Source: Marsupella aquatica
Taxonomy: Eukaryota > Plantae > Marchantiophyta
Direction of reading: 5' to 3'
Assembly (NCBI GenBank): GCA_973895155.1
Contig: OZ316891.1
Coordinates: forward strand, 6,543,708-6,607,707
DNA: 64,000 nucleotides
This document shows, piece by piece, positions 37,498 through 51,717 of this stretch; within the stretch, counting starts at the first letter, position 1; each line of letters begins with the position of its first letter. The notes under the pieces were generated by a model. The model was not told where the DNA came from. It was given only the letters and a program-made list of their open reading frames with translations, and did no database searches. The position numbers were made by a program, and so were the translations under genes.

Positions 37498-40054
37498 TGT
37501 CACGCGATTGACATGGGTCTTAACGCCAAAAACGTCACTATGGGTGCCAAAACCATCTCTTTATACCTGAGGATCACGAAGGGATGTTGTGAAGGCCGGT
37601 GAACACCAATTTACGCCCTTAACACCAGACTATCATAGCAAGACTCTATCACACATCACCCAAGCTCAATCCCAAGGAACCAAGGTTGGGGATCAGATCC
37701 GTGCTCATGATAGTTCTGGTGATAAGGGGTCTTCATATCGGGCCCGTACACACAGGGCCTAGCGCTACGGTGCGCATAGGTCTATACGTATGCTTACTAT
37801 CATAGGTATGTTTCTATTCCGCCGCCGGAATGTACCCATAAACCAGTGACTCCTTACTGATTCCCGGCTTAGGGACTTCTAAGCCATTGCCCCACCACTC
37901 TGCCATTCCACTCTCAGCAATCAGAGCTATGACAGTCCTCACCCAGCCCACTTCAATGCACCATGTACACCTCTTAGTGGCGCTGCTAGTCCCATCATAC
38001 ACTCAGATTGCCTCACACACACACACATCCATGAGAGAAACGAGGCCTGAGAGGAAAACTCAATTAGATTCAACGATGTGCACAATAGTCCACTGAGAAC
38101 ACTCGATCCGAACAATAGGCCCGAAGGCTGTCTACTCCAGATTACGACGTGCTTGCCCCGCAAGCCCCGTGCTTGCCATGCAAGCTCAATCCTGAACCTG
38201 AGCCCGGCTCACTCCAGATTGTGACGGCAGATTGGACTCAAACCAATCCCGTACTTGCCTTGCAAACTCAATCCTGAACTCAACCTCCTTCACTGCACTT
38301 CATTCTTGGGGGCACATATAGATCTCACACCTCCAATTCAGAATGTCAAGTTACGCATGCACAGTTGACTCGACTTCAAAGCTGGTACCAAGCCTAACGA
38401 CAATCTATCCCAGACTGCAATGAGGCCCGGCCTCACGCTTGCCCTGCAAGCTCAGCTCTGGCCATAAATCCCTTAGTGCTCTCCACCAGACAAAGGCCAG
38501 GACTCCCCATGGATCACATAGCCTTGCCAGACTGAACTGTAAATGCTCCTCCTGCTGCCCCTCAATCAGTGTCTCAGCCTCCCTAATGTGCTCACCACAA
38601 ATCAAATTGACATCCTCCCCACAGTTTACAATCACCAATACATCACCTATCACCAAGGCTCTGTATCGGGGGAAAAGAACCCAATTGTGCTGCCCACTAG
38701 AAAGAGCCACAATCCAGCTCGCAAACCTAGCAACCCGTTGCTGTGAAGCTTGGCTGATTACTCCCTGAGTAATAGCACAACCAAGCTCTCCCCAACACGC
38801 AGCGTCCAAGTCCAGCCTTGCTTGCACAGAGCTCCTCCCTACTGCTCAGTCTAAGTGAGATCACACAACTGAAGTCCCCCCCTGCCTCTACCGGGGGCTG
38901 CTCTATATACTCTCATACTGAGCCCAAATAGGTGGATACTACGCTGCTGGAGCCCCATCCCAGCCCTAATAGAGCCGCCACTATCTCTAACTACTGAACC
39001 CTAACTCACAACTTTATTTCTATCTCGAATTGGCTATGTACTTCGGATTCGGCCCTCCTCCATGGTTTTCGCGAGCTTGCGCCTCCTCTCCCGATTTCTC
39101 TATTCAACCATTTGCTGCGTGGATAGCAGCGTTGGAAGCGGCTTGAGCTCCTCTTTCCAATGAGGTCAATTATAGTCGATTTGGTCAAATACACAGAGAG
39201 TTATGCCCCCGCAACCGAGAGGGGGTACTCACTGCTGCGCTAACCCGAGTTACATAGCTAACCCGAGTTCGGCTAACCTAGCTATCCTATCTAACCCGAG
39301 TAGAGCTAACCCGTGGTCTCGGGTTAGGCCGCTACCCGCTATCCGCTATCCGCTAACCTAGCCTAAGCTGAGCCCGAACCCGAGTTTACCTGAGCTAAGC
39401 TGAGGCCGCGCTGACCTGAGCTAAGCTGAAGCCGTGCTGACCTGAGATAAGCTGAAGCCGTGCTTACCTGAGCTAAGCTGAAGCCGTGTTGACCTGAGCT
39501 AAGCTGAAGCCGTGCTTACCTGAGCTAAGCTGAAGCCGTGCTTACCTGAGCTAAGCTGAAGCCGTGCTGACCTGAGCTAAGCTGAAGCCGTGCTGACCTG
39601 AGCTAAGCTGAAGCCGTGCTTACCTGAGCTAAGCTGAAGCCGTGCTTACCTCAGCTAAGCTGAAGCCGTGCTCACATAAGCTAAGCCGTGGTCGAGCTTG
39701 GGTTAACCCGAAACTGAAGCCGAATCCGCTAATTCCGGCCACAAGTTAACCCGTCACACTAATCAAGCCGTATCTTTCTTAATACACCTCCGTTTCTCGA
39801 GTGTTTTATATTGATTTTACTCGCCTTGACCAGATCTTTCCAATGCTCTTTACAGATCCAGATTTGGTGACATATTGAAAGAGATATGATCATCGACCAC
39901 CCGCGACATAGCTTTTATTTCCCTACTCTTAACGCCATGATTGCCCTTATTCTTGCCATCTTGCTAATTGTTATGCAATATCAATAGCTACTCCTTGCAT
40001 ACAGCAACCTACTTAATCAGATTACAAAATAAGGACCATGTCGTTGGCGTCACA
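37498..40054 (-). mobile_element. 2.56-kb solo LTR (probably gypsy-type)
   Basis: Termini TGTCACGC...GCGTCACA flanked by 5-bp TSD agggc (37493-37497, 40055-40059); TATA-like TATATAGAG on minus strand near 38900; no coding domains. Confidence 0.75.
39389..39690. repeat. 26-bp tandem array (~11 copies) CCTGAGCTAAGCTGAAGCCGTGCT(T/G)A inside the solo LTR
   Basis: Directly visible. Confidence 0.95.
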
Positions 40055-40574
40055 AGGGCGTAACCTAAGGAGGCTATTGGGGCTTTGATAGGAATAGAGG
40101 GTTAAGTTAGGTTAGGCTAGGGTTTTTGCTATTCAAGTTTGGGGTTCAAGCCAGGGAATTAAGGGGCAGCCAACCTGCCACCCAATTGCAATGTTCAGTT
40201 TGAACACTTTTGAGTTTCATGCAGAGGTCAAAAGGAAGAGGTTGATGCCATAACAAGATGTGGAAGGACAATGTTGGCTAGGAGAACTGCCGTTGGACCT
40301 TGGAGTGCAATGTAGACTGAGGTCTTTGAGTAGACTCATTGTTTGTTTGTCATAGACATCTATTGCTATCCATTTTGCTAGCATTTGTTTACATGCCCAT
40401 ATTGTCTAACCCAAGGAAATGATTGTGTCTAACTGGTTGCATGAGAAGAGAAGGAAGACAATAAACCTAAGAAAGGAAGCTTGGTGAAGGAAAAGTGCAA
40501 AGTTTGAGTTTTCATGTCCGAGAGGTTTGTGTGTCTTGTAATGCCTTGTGTTATTTTCAATGTTGTTTATAATT

Positions 40575-42146
40575 GCAAATACGAGTATTGCTAGTTGGTA
40601 ACAGGAAAGTGGGTGGTAATTTGTTTGGATTTTTTTTTGGATTTTTTTTTTGAAATTTTTTTTTTGGTGAATTTTTTTTTTTTTGGGTTAGTTATCATCA
40701 TATTGCTAGCGCCCGGAGCTAACAATAGCAGCGCTTGGCGCTTGCAAAAAAAATCATGATTTTAATTATTTTAAATAATAATAATTTAAATGGTACATTT
40801 TTAGATCATCTTTTTTACAGGAGACTTTTTGCTAGTACCAGTACACCTGTTTGTTGTGGTGATGCCCAGGTGAATTAGCCATCATAGTAGTATCAAAACC
40901 AAAATATACTATATATACAATGTTCCCATTAGGACTCTCACTTGGAACATTCACTTGAGACAAGATAACATTTCACTGAGTGTCGTAAAATCATGTTCAT
41001 ACCTTACTGGTGTTGTTGCTGTTGGTTAATAATTATGGACCTTTATTGAATTGGATCAACAAAATTGTGAAGACCCATCCTTGGATTGCTATCACAAAAT
41101 ATATACAAGGATAATACCCAATCCCGCTGCCTATCATTTTGCACCTAGCTGCTCACCATATTGCACCTAGCCACCCCAAGGGCAAGGCAACCCATGGTTA
41201 ATGCTTTATTTATAAACGCCACACCATAGTTGGTTAGGATTTGTGCCTATCCACCCCCCACCCCCAACTAAAATGCTGCAGGATGAAGGGAGATTGGTGG
41301 GTTAAGTTGTGCGCGCAGTAAGTTGAGGTTTCAGAGGTGAGGTTTTTACTACACACGGAGCTCAGGGGGGCATTATATGAAGGGTCCTACATGGTGTGCA
41401 ATGTGTTTAGGTCCAAACCCATAAATTATAAGCAATTTTATTTTTTCCTGACCTTACTTACTTTAAAGCAGCCATTTTTTTATTATGTTTACCCCTTAAA
41501 ACTTTAAGTAAAGTTTTGTTTTGAATTAAACAATGCATATAAAGAAATGATAAGTATCTTGTAGGTTAGAGCCCAAATTTTTTGCAATCATTCAATTTGC
41601 TCCGTCTTTTCGCTTAATGCAATTTACTTTGCCTTTCCACTTGATACTACATCCTACATCTCTTGTACAGTCCATAGACTATGAAAGTAAATAATTATAT
41701 ATATTATTCTATGGGTGTTCAATTAATTATCAATCAACTTACAAGTCTATTTTGCTCTCTAAACTCTCAAATATTGTAGCATGGTGGGTACCATGCACTA
41801 CAAATAGGAAACCAAACACTATCGATTGTCTATTCAAGGTGTCGATTCTTTACCTTGCTTCACAACCCGTTGCATGACTACATTATATCCACAGACTGGA
41901 GCAGAATTGAGCCAATGGCAATTTACAACTCATTTGTTTGAGCTCATGGCCTCAAATAAGAAGCAGAGGTGACCTTCACGATAGGTCACTTGAATGCAAA
42001 AGAAAGGTCCCCTTGACGCAAGTGGGGCATTGAACACACTGGGCTTAGCATAGGATTTTCATGGTTAATTCTATGATAATGATAAAGTAAAAAAATACAA
42101 ACTATATCCTAGACATTTTTCAAACCAACTAGCAATACTCGTATTT
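40575..42146. mobile_element. ~1.57-kb non-autonomous TIR element whose right TIR is cut by the CACTA at 42147
   Basis: aaatacgagtattgctagttggt (40577-40599) is the exact reverse complement of 42124-42146. Confidence 0.65.
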
Positions 42147-42813
42147 CACTAGTAGAAAACAAGGTTATTTATGACCGCAACAATGATGACCCATATGGTC
42201 TTTTCAACAAAACAATGACGCATCCGTTTCTGTCTTTCCAGACGCGTCACAATGGACATTTAGGTCACGGTCCTTTTGGACAAATGACGCAAAAAAGGTG
42301 TGGTCATTTCATACCGTCCAAAATGACTTAATTTATGATTTGGTCATAAATGGTAAACTGTCCGAAATGACCCAAAAATCACCGTTGACGGTCAATTGCC
42401 GTTCATTGTCGACGGTCTCCATACCCAATTATGTAATGCCACATGGCAGTTAAAGAACAAAGGTCATTTGTCATTTTGGACTTGTCCAAAATGATGCACA
42501 TTATATAACAAATCAGGTAGTGACATGTGGCTCAAAGGATATTCCACCATGTGGCAATAGATTTGGGTCATTTTGGACTTGTCCAAAATGACTACATTAT
42601 AGACAAGTCATATTGGGGCACGTGGTTCAATTAGAAAGAGACACATGGAGATATACATTAGTCATTAATGAATTGGGTTTAATGACTTGAGTTGAGTCAT
42701 ATTGGACACAAACATAAACATCCATAATGACCATTAGATTAGTCATTTTAGATGTCATTTAGATCATGTATTTAATGACTCGAGTTAAATTGGTCATAAA
42801 CAAGAAGCCTTAA

Positions 42814-45800
42814 AGGGTGAGTAACAAGCCCAAACTCTAAGCACTCTCGTAAAAAAATTGCAGAAACAAAGAAAATGGCAAAAAAGTGGCCAAAAATACT
42901 ACCTGTTTTTTGACAAAATAATAAAACAAACTGAAAGTATTAAAATGACACACTTTTTGCACCATCTCCTAATTACAAAATGATCTCAACTTACTTTTGA
43001 TAAAATTACTACCTATAATTTTACTATGCCATTTTAGCAATTTTTACCAAAACATGATTTGTATTTTTAACAAACAATCAAATTACCTCCATAATTCATT
43101 AGACTTGGGAAAAATTCAAATTCATAAAATATGATCTCTTTATGACTCTCCAACATGCGCCCCTTCACTCTTTGAGGAAGACTTTTCAATGGAAGATGAT
43201 ATCTCCACAAATTCACCACCTACGCTTCCAGATGTACCTGTTCTGATCCAAATCAGATCACTCAATGGCTCCTCTTTTACTCTCAACCTGGCTCTCAACA
43301 TGCCTGAGTTTGATTTGTTAGGCAACATCTGAATTTCACAAACATATTGACCCAACAGGGCTCCCCCAACCTCTTCTTGGGGACCTCTTCCAAATTCTTA
43401 TTCTTCCCCTTCAAGTTAATTTCTTGATATTGATTGGCTTCCAATCTCAGCCAAATGATGCAAGTGTGCCCGGGTGACCTTCTTGTGATGATCCTTTCCT
43501 TGCTGGAATTATTTGCAGCCTCAGTAGGTCTTCTTGTGTCCCCGCTTGTGTCAGCGCTCTTACACCTTCCTGGAATTTGAGAGATGTCAGACGACCATAT
43601 TCACTCTCTCCCCTTGGTGCTTGTTGCACGCTTGACCTTTCCAAAATGCACAAAAATCTGGTTTTGAGACAGGACTTAGTGTTTTTAGAAACTTGTTACA
43701 ATCGGTCTTCATGAATTCATGAGTCCGCTTTCTCAACTGTCCACTATCTTGAAGACCCTTGAGTCGGACACCCAAATTAACACTAGTCTCAACCACATGG
43801 GATAGAACTTAACGCCCGGGGAGGCTAGTGCTCTCAAATGAGTGAGAAGAACTTAATGTAGACAAAACACACAAAAGAGCAAAAACCTTTTAACTTGAAA
43901 CAAATGAAATAACATGTTTTCATGAATAGAGGACGCCTATTTGTACTTAATTGGTCCTTTCTCTAATTTAAATGAATAAGAAATGCTTAAATCATTTTTC
44001 AATAATTAAGCCAATCCTTTCATGACATAGATGAACAAGTCAAGGAAAAAGTTGAAAAAATTATATTTCCAAAAGTTTTTTATGACACAACACTTTATTA
44101 ATTAGTCTTCTTGGCTACTAGGTGGTATCTTAGTCCTTTGACTTTTTGGCTTGTTGGGCAACTTAGGGCTTCTTTGGGCCTTTTCCCTTCCCCATACCTC
44201 CCTTTACTAGATTGTTCAATTATTAATCTCACAATATTGTTTGGACTACGCAATCCAGTTTACTTGGAGAAATAAATCATTTTTAGGTTTGCATTCCCAC
44301 GTTTCATGAGGATAAAATTGGCAGTAAAAACCCATATGTTTTTGCCCACCAGTAAAAACCCATATGTTTTTGCCCACCAAGATACGTACTTCCATGACTC
44401 ATGATTGGAGAGTTTGTCTTGTTGACCTACTGTTTCCATATGCTTTTTGGAATATTGGCATTTGGAGCACTTTTTGCTTTTATTTCACCATATTTTTTGC
44501 ATTTCTTGAGATTGAGTGGTTTGTCTTTATCCCCTTTTCTTTCACTTTTGAAGTCTTTCTTTTGGCTATTCTGGAGATTCTCTCCCTAAGATACCTTATT
44601 CTCTTTCATGAATTCATGAAGGGGCTACCACCTGGGAAACTGAGAAACCAAAAGCTTCATGAATTCATGAAGCCCAAAACTGGTTGTGACAAAATTCAAA
44701 GGGCAAAGACTGTGTTGCAAGCTCAATGACCTACAAAGGGCGAGGGTAGCCAATTGGCTATGGCAAAGGAGGCTGCGGCCTGGAGAGGGCTATTGGCCCT
44801 CACTTAAGCTCAAGTCGCATCAAGGTGCTGTCATCAGCTGCCGATTGAGGTCAGGCCTAATTTATGGTCTGGGAACGACTGCTAATCTCTGCTGTCGCCT
44901 TCAAAATCCTGAAGCTGAAATTTTGAATTCCTGGTTTGATGTTGATGCTTTGATTGCTGGATTTCACCTGAGTGTTGGACTTTGATTTCTCAGATTTGGT
45001 TATTGAATGAGCTTCTACTGTGATTGACTGCTGCTTGAATTAGCTGTGGTAGACTCTGATTAAATGAGACAGATTCCAATTAGGGGAGATAGCCACAAAG
45101 GATCAGGGATAATTTGTGAAAAATTGAGCTTGAGAGCTAGATCTCAATCGAGCAGACCTAAGGATTGAAGGGGGAGCGAGTGGAGGATGGGAGAGGGAGC
45201 AAGGGAGATTGGAATGGGATTGATAAGGATTGGAAGGGGATTGGAAGGGGGGCCATTTAGGGATTGGAGGAGGGTGGACAATCGACCGTCAGGGGAACGA
45301 TCAACCATCAGAGGGGGATGGAGCACCGGAGGAGGGCAGTCGAGCATCAAGGGGATGATCAAACATTGGAGGGGGAGCGGTAAAGATCGGGGGGAGGGTT
45401 TAGGATTGGGGAAGGGTTTCACTAATCAGGGACCGGGGGAGGGCCGATCGGGAATCAAGATTGATCCAGGGAGGATTAAGGGTTGACCAGGCCTGGTCTA
45501 GGTCAAAAATGAGTCCAAGGTGGGTGGATTGGGAGCAGAAGCAAAGAGAACTATCGAGCTTGGGGGAACTAACTGGAGGGAGCTAGGAGGATCAGGTAGC
45601 TTCTTTCAGGTGAGAACCCGGCTTCATGATTTCATGAAGCCAGGTGGCTGCCCAAATCAAACTCGATGTACATTTCGATGTACAAGAGTGATCAAGAGAC
45701 TGAGGAGGACGTGAAGCGCACCAGAGTAGAGGGTGCAACAGAAGATGTAACTATTGAGCTAGCTCGGATTGAAGCAAGGATCTTCTAGAAGTGGAGAGGA

Positions 45801-46133
45801 GGTTAGAGAAGCCTTAGATTAGTTGAGTTGCATTGTATTTAGAGATTTAGTGGACTTAGATGCACACCTACAATGGATAGTGGCATTCTACTTAAGATTT
45901 TGAGTTTGCACAAACTCAGATCAAAGACCGTAAATTTTATGTTTGTAATTAAGTATGGATTTGTTGTTTTTGGTAATTGTGAAAATGATGTTGAAAATAT
46001 CCCAAGATTTTCATTGAAAGAATTATAATAGCAAAGTTCACAAAACATGTTTCATTTTTATATGTTTTTTTAAAGCACTTTTGGAAAAATCATGAAAATC
46101 TTGAAAAAGGAATTCGGGCCTTGGACTCATCCC
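42814..46133. mobile_element. ~3.3-kb non-autonomous insert with degenerate GGG-start TIRs, flanked by TTAA
   Basis: TTAA at 42810-42813 and 46134-46137; TIRs agggtgagtaacaagcccaaactc vs rc gggatgagtccaaggcccgaattc (16/24); outer-CACTA motif (g/t)tcatattggaca resumes after it; internal TTCATGAATTCATGAA-type palindromes. Confidence 0.5.
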
Positions 46134-47319
46134 TTAAGGCTCCATGTTCATATTGGACAAAAATTCATGTCATTCAATAGATTTGTTGAATGAAACCCTA
46201 AAGAGACATTCTATACCTAACAAATCTAATTGACATTCATACAAGATACATCCTTAAGTTCCGCAATAATTATTCAACTCAATGCAAATTTATGAAGCAA
46301 AATGACATTGAAAAAAAGCATACACGTAATATTATTAGATGTATAATTGTCAAGTGCTACAATTTGAAATATCAACAACTCTTAATATCTGTAGAAAAAT
46401 AGAGTTGTCATTCTCATTCTACAAACCTATTTCTATCATGTCTATTGCTTCTTGGCTCATGGCTGCTTATACTACTGTTTGGCTGTTTCTATTGTTTCTT
46501 GAGCAATCTAAAGTTCCACAGGGCACTCATCCCCTTCACATCAGATAACTTAGACTAGTTCTCCCCTGCATTAGCAAATGATAATGCCACATCTACAAAC
46601 ACTTCAATCACAATGTCAATACTGTTAATTGTGTCACACTACAACACTACCCACACCTTTTGCGAACTTGAAAGCATCGCAAACAACAAAGGAAATCAAA
46701 AAACAAAACTTGCCTTTGCGAAGTATCGCGCATCGCAATAGAATCGCAAACTGCGAAGCCCAAAGGTTCGCATCCGGTCTTTCGCAAGACCTTCGCAACG
46801 CCTTCGCAACTTGCGACACTAATAGAATCGCAAAGGACTCACATTTAAGCGACTCCGTGGGCGTCGCGAGAGGCTTGCGATAATAATCAAGCAGTTAAAT
46901 ATTTGCAATCCCAAAAGTTTGGTAATCGGTTTGCGATATTAAGTTAATGGTAGTTATGCCATGAACATGGCTTCACATTTATGTGAACGTATGTGGTTTG
47001 CATAATGTTTGCGATACCTTCAATATGGTAAATATGCGAATTGGGTTGTTCGCATAGGTTTCGCAAGATGTCTTGAGGCTAGGGTTTAGATTTAGAGTTT
47101 TGAATTATGGTTGGGTTCTTGTCGTCCAACACGGAGAATGAGGTCTGAATCAAAATTGCTTTATAGAAAATTGATAGGTACACAAAAATTAGGGTTTCCT
47201 AAACCCTAAACCCTAGATGGGTGTCATATGACAAGCTAGGTCCCTATAAGACTACCCATATCAAAACTATATACTACACTAAGTAAATAGGCATCCCATA
47301 GGCACTACACCACCAAGCT

Positions 47320-49296
47320 CTAGAATGGGGTCCTCCTACTCCTTGTCGCCGGCCTCTTCCCCTTGTCCCTCTTGCGACGATCCGGACGTGGCACAGGAGG
47401 TGGTGCTGGCTGCTCCTCCACATCTGGTTCCTCCTCGTCCTCGTCCTCATCCTCTTCCTCCCCCTCCTGCTGGGAAACTCCTCCTACTGGTCCAGATCCA
47501 CTACTCCCTCCTACCTTGGGCCCCTTTGTCGTGGTCCCCTCATTGTTCTCATCGGTGCTGCTGGTATCACTGGCATCCTCATCATCCTGTTTGCACAGCA
47601 CAACGCCAAATTGGTTTAGGTTTACGGAATGAAAAGATAAGTGGATTGGGTGGGAAAAACTGAAGGGGATACATGCACTTACAGTCGCCAACTCTGCGTC
47701 AACCAAGTCAAAGAGATGTTTGGCTCCATGCGCAGCTCCTATCTCCATCTCTTTTGCTGTTATCTTCCTGCGGTACCTCTTATACTACCACAACCAAACA
47801 TTCCAAAACCAAAATAGATCGAGGTTAATATGCTATAAACCCAAGAAAAATGCATGGAGGTGCTAATAGGGTGCCCCCTAACACAAAACTGGGCTCAATA
47901 ACCCTTAGCGGTTTTTTTAAAACATAATACACACTTGCGAAACTCCCCACTTCGCAAATTCAAATAAATTGGCTGTTTGCGAAGTAGTTTGCAAAGCGAG
48001 TTATTTCGCAATAGCTTCGCATTTACAACTTTAAAAAATGCCATGATAGACTTTGCGAAACATTTGCGAAGCAACCCGCATCGCAAAAACTTCGCAAACT
48101 CTGTTTTTAAAAAATTCCGAGAAATCTCTAAGGCACGCAATGTGTCAGGGTGACCTAAAGTACAAGACAGGCCGTAAGAAAGAAACAAGAGGTATGCAGG
48201 GGGGGCATTGCAGGTTTGGATAGCAATTGAAAGCAAGGAAACAGAAGCAGGGGAGGAGAGGAGAGGGCCCACTCACAAAGTGTGCTTTGAGGCCGGGAAG
48301 TCCACCTTGGCCCATCTTGTGCGTGGTCTTGGGCCGTTTGCTGACTCGCTCAGCTGCAAGGATGAATTTTTGGGGTGGTGCACCCACTTCATCCACAATG
48401 TGCTGCATGTGAGACACTTTCTCAGCCATTGCCTTGAGCTCTCGGTCGGACTTCCCGGCCTTCTGTGCCTTGGCTTCCATCTCCTTCCAGAAGAGAAGGT
48501 TCCTGGAAGCTCTCATCTGCACCTCCACTTTGTAAAAGGCATTCCACACGTCCTCAGTGAATTGCAGTGGCCTCCTCACGTTTCTGTACTCCTCCAAGTT
48601 TGCCAGGTAGGCCCTTACCTTCTTCCTATCATGGTACCGTGCTTGAGACATTGAATTGGAAATTCTATCTGCAAGCCACTGTTCATCAATCTCTGCTCCA
48701 TTTTGAAATGAATCTTTGATTTGACTCATTACTTTCTTCTGGTCTGCCTTGCTGAGTTTCCCCCACTCAACTCCTCGTGCAAAATTGGAGCGCACCATAA
48801 GCCTGATAGTGCTCTTTGCCCCGGTGTAGGCCAGTTCAGTAGGAATGCCTTTGATCAAGGCAATCATAGGCAGCTTCTTCCTCTCTTCCTCCTTCTTTCG
48901 CTGCTCCTCCCGCTGTGCTCTTATCTCATCTCGTTCCTCTCTCCTCCTCTTCTTTTCTAGGGCAACAGGTGAGACTACTCCTGCCTTGGCCCTCTCCTCC
49001 TTCTTACGCTTCTTCTCTCTTGCCTTCTATTGAGCTGCACTCCTTTGCTCCTCCTCCCTTGCAATGTTCCCTACATCTACTCCCGTTTGCAAGGCTTGCC
49101 CAAGGATTGCACTCAAAGAAGCAATCCCTGCTGGTGTAGTCAAATCTAAGTGGCTCAACTGTGCTGCATTGAGGTGCTCAGCCATCAAATCGGTCCATCG
49201 ATTCCTCTCCTGCTCCCCATTGCCTTCATTCCCATTGCCACTCTCACTCACCCCTGCCCTATCACCTCCATTTGCTCCACTGGAATCCATAGCCAA
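47320..49296 (-). pseudogene. CACTA second gene (TnpA/Ptta-like accessory protein), spliced, premature TAG at ~49027
   Basis: PLQFTEDVWNAF and HKMGQGGLPGLKAHF followed by a GTGAGT donor; acidic C-terminal exon; divergent from the transposase. Confidence 0.55.
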
Positions 49297-50565
49297 GCCA
49301 CCCCCCGAGCGCGCGTGAGCTCCCTTCTCCCTCCCTACGCTTGAAATTTGTCAAATGCCGCTGAGTACGCCGCGGCCGAGTGCAAAAGTACAAGCGGGAA
49401 AGACTTGCGAAGCAACCCGTTTCGCATATAGTTTCTCAATTTTGCAAAACCATTGCGACGTGAAAGGCTTCGCAACACCTTCGCTCTCTCGCAGAAATGC
49501 TCTCGGGCTCTGTTTTTCTGAAGGTCTTGCGAAAGCAATAGCTTCGCAAACTTCAATTCTAATTTGTGATGGTATTTGCGAAGGAAGCGGCTTCGCAAGA
49601 CATTGGCAACTCGTCCTGGGGGAATGTTGGTTTCATTTGAAAGGGTTTTTTTCAAAGGTGAAGTGGACCCCTCTATACTCATATTTGGAATGCTTTTTGG
49701 CCATGTTTTGGGTGTTAGATAATAGTTGAAGGCGGGTTTGAAGGGTTAGGCAGATTTCAGGTTAATGGGTTATGTATGGTGTTGGTTTAGGCTAAGGTTT
49801 GGGTTTACATTAGTTTAGAAGAAATAATAAAGGTGTGGGATTTGGTTTACAAGAAATAAGTAAGGTTTGGGTTTAGGGTTTTAGGGTTTGGGGTTTTTTA
49901 ATAGAAAGGTCTCTAGGGTTGAAGAAAGGTTTGGGTTTGTGTGTAAGTCAGATTTAGGTTTAATAGGTAGGATGCGGTTTGGGGTTGAAGGTTTGGATAA
50001 GACAAAGCAAGGTTTCATGAGATTTATATTGCAACCTTTTGGGTTTAAGAGAGGTTCATTGGGTTTATGAATCAAAAGGGGATTGGCATGGGTTTTGCTA
50101 ACAAAGGAGGGGAATATATGATAGCTTGCAAGGTGCGGCACTTTTTGATGATTTGATACTATTGCATATGCATTGTGAGAGCCCGGGCATCTGAAAGGTA
50201 AACATTGCATGATCGGCTAAAGTGTTCCTTTCATGTACTTAACACTTTTGGTTGCCACTATGTATAAAGGGGACATGTATATAGGGTTTTTTGTTCTTGT
50301 CTGGTCTAGATTATTGTGCTTACATATACATGGAATGGTTGCAGCTTTTCCCTCATACTTTCAGATTGGGTTCATTAATTATCTTAGAGCCACAAGAGAT
50401 ATTGGCACTGCTGAGCCCGGGTCTCATAAAGGTACCTTTTTTATTGCTATGGTCATTTTGGTTTGGGTTTCTTGTCATCATTATTTGGGAACTTTGATTT
50501 ATATCATTTTGTGGTATGTTTTGGTCATAACATGCCCATTTTAATTATATCTTGTTACAGGGGAT

Positions 50566-51717
50566 ATGTCTTCATCTTTTGAAATCTCCACCACAGACTC
50601 GTCCTCCTCTAATGAAGATACACCACCTCCACCTCAACATCACACGACCGCACCTCCTCCTCGCGGTCCACCCCGTCAACTTTGTGAATGTTCCAGATGT
50701 GTGGGTCAGGTTTCCCAAAAATCTTACATATGTGCCCAACATATTGAGAGATATGGGCGTTGTGGACGTCATACGGCAGGGGCTTCTTCATCTCATATGG
50801 TAAGTGTTATGCCTTAGTTTTCCTACCCTATTCCCATTACTCAATGGTTGAAGGTTTGCAATTTCACACCTACTTTTGTTTGTTTTGGTTTCGGTGGAAT
50901 AGGTATCCAATAGGCCTAGACCTGCGGCACAAGCACCCTATGTCCCATCACAAGGTGTTCTAGATGCTATAGGCAATGCATTCTCAAAAGCCTTGGGTCT
51001 AGCGGCAAGGCCCACCAGTCCTAGGGAAGTTGGGGTTGAGGCTATTGTCCCAAGAGGGAGAAAGCGTTCCAAGAGGCGGGCCCGAGGGGATACTGATTTG
51101 TACAAGGCAGTGGTTACGGGTCGGTGGGGTGATTGTGAGTTCACTAGCAGATGTGTCCCTATCATCAAGGACTGGGATCCTGAGACTCTTGGTTTGCCAC
51201 AACAGCTTTCCTACGGTGCGGAGGTAGAGGTTTGGGGTAGACGTTGGGTTATCAAACCTTCCACACTTGGGGATAGACATGGCTATGGAGTTTTTGCCTG
51301 TGAGGACATCATTGTGGACGTCGAGAGTGGTAGAGGTGGACGCGGCCGAGAGGGGCCTACTTTGTTTCCTTATGGTGGACCCATCTACAAGAGAAGACAT
51401 TGGAACATGATCCTTGCACAACACCCTGAGTGGAAGACTTATGCATTGGACATGGATACTTTTGATGGTAACACTAGAAGGTATAGTGAGCAGCGTGTCA
51501 TAGATGGGGACCCCATACGGACTGGGAATATTGCTAGTTTCATAAACAGTACCGTGGGGACTCGCCCTAAGCGTAGGCAAAATTGTGAGTGGGTTTTCAT
51601 TGAGGTCCTCCGCCAGCACCTTATGGCCAGACATATCATCATGACCATTGCCTAGTTGTAGCAACAAGGACCATTAACTTAGGGGATGAGTTATTTACTC
51701 ACTATGAGTGGGATTAG
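50566..51717 (+). pseudogene. SET-domain lysine methyltransferase-like isoform (exon 1 50566-50799 + exon 50903-51717), 1-nt deletion near 51605
   Basis: IKPSTLGDRHGYGVFACEDI, YGG.IY, YAL, IDGD...GNIASFINST, NCEWV; after the shift LVVATRTINLGDELFTHYEWD* (ELxxxY motif). Confidence 0.8.

Noticed and set aside
45144-45714. Gly- and Pro-rich ORFs
   Set aside because: Purine-rich low-complexity DNA with no domain motifs.
49780-49990. Telomere-like TTTAGGG/GGGTTT tract
   Set aside because: Short and degenerate, inside the CACTA divergent promoter region; not a telomeric array.
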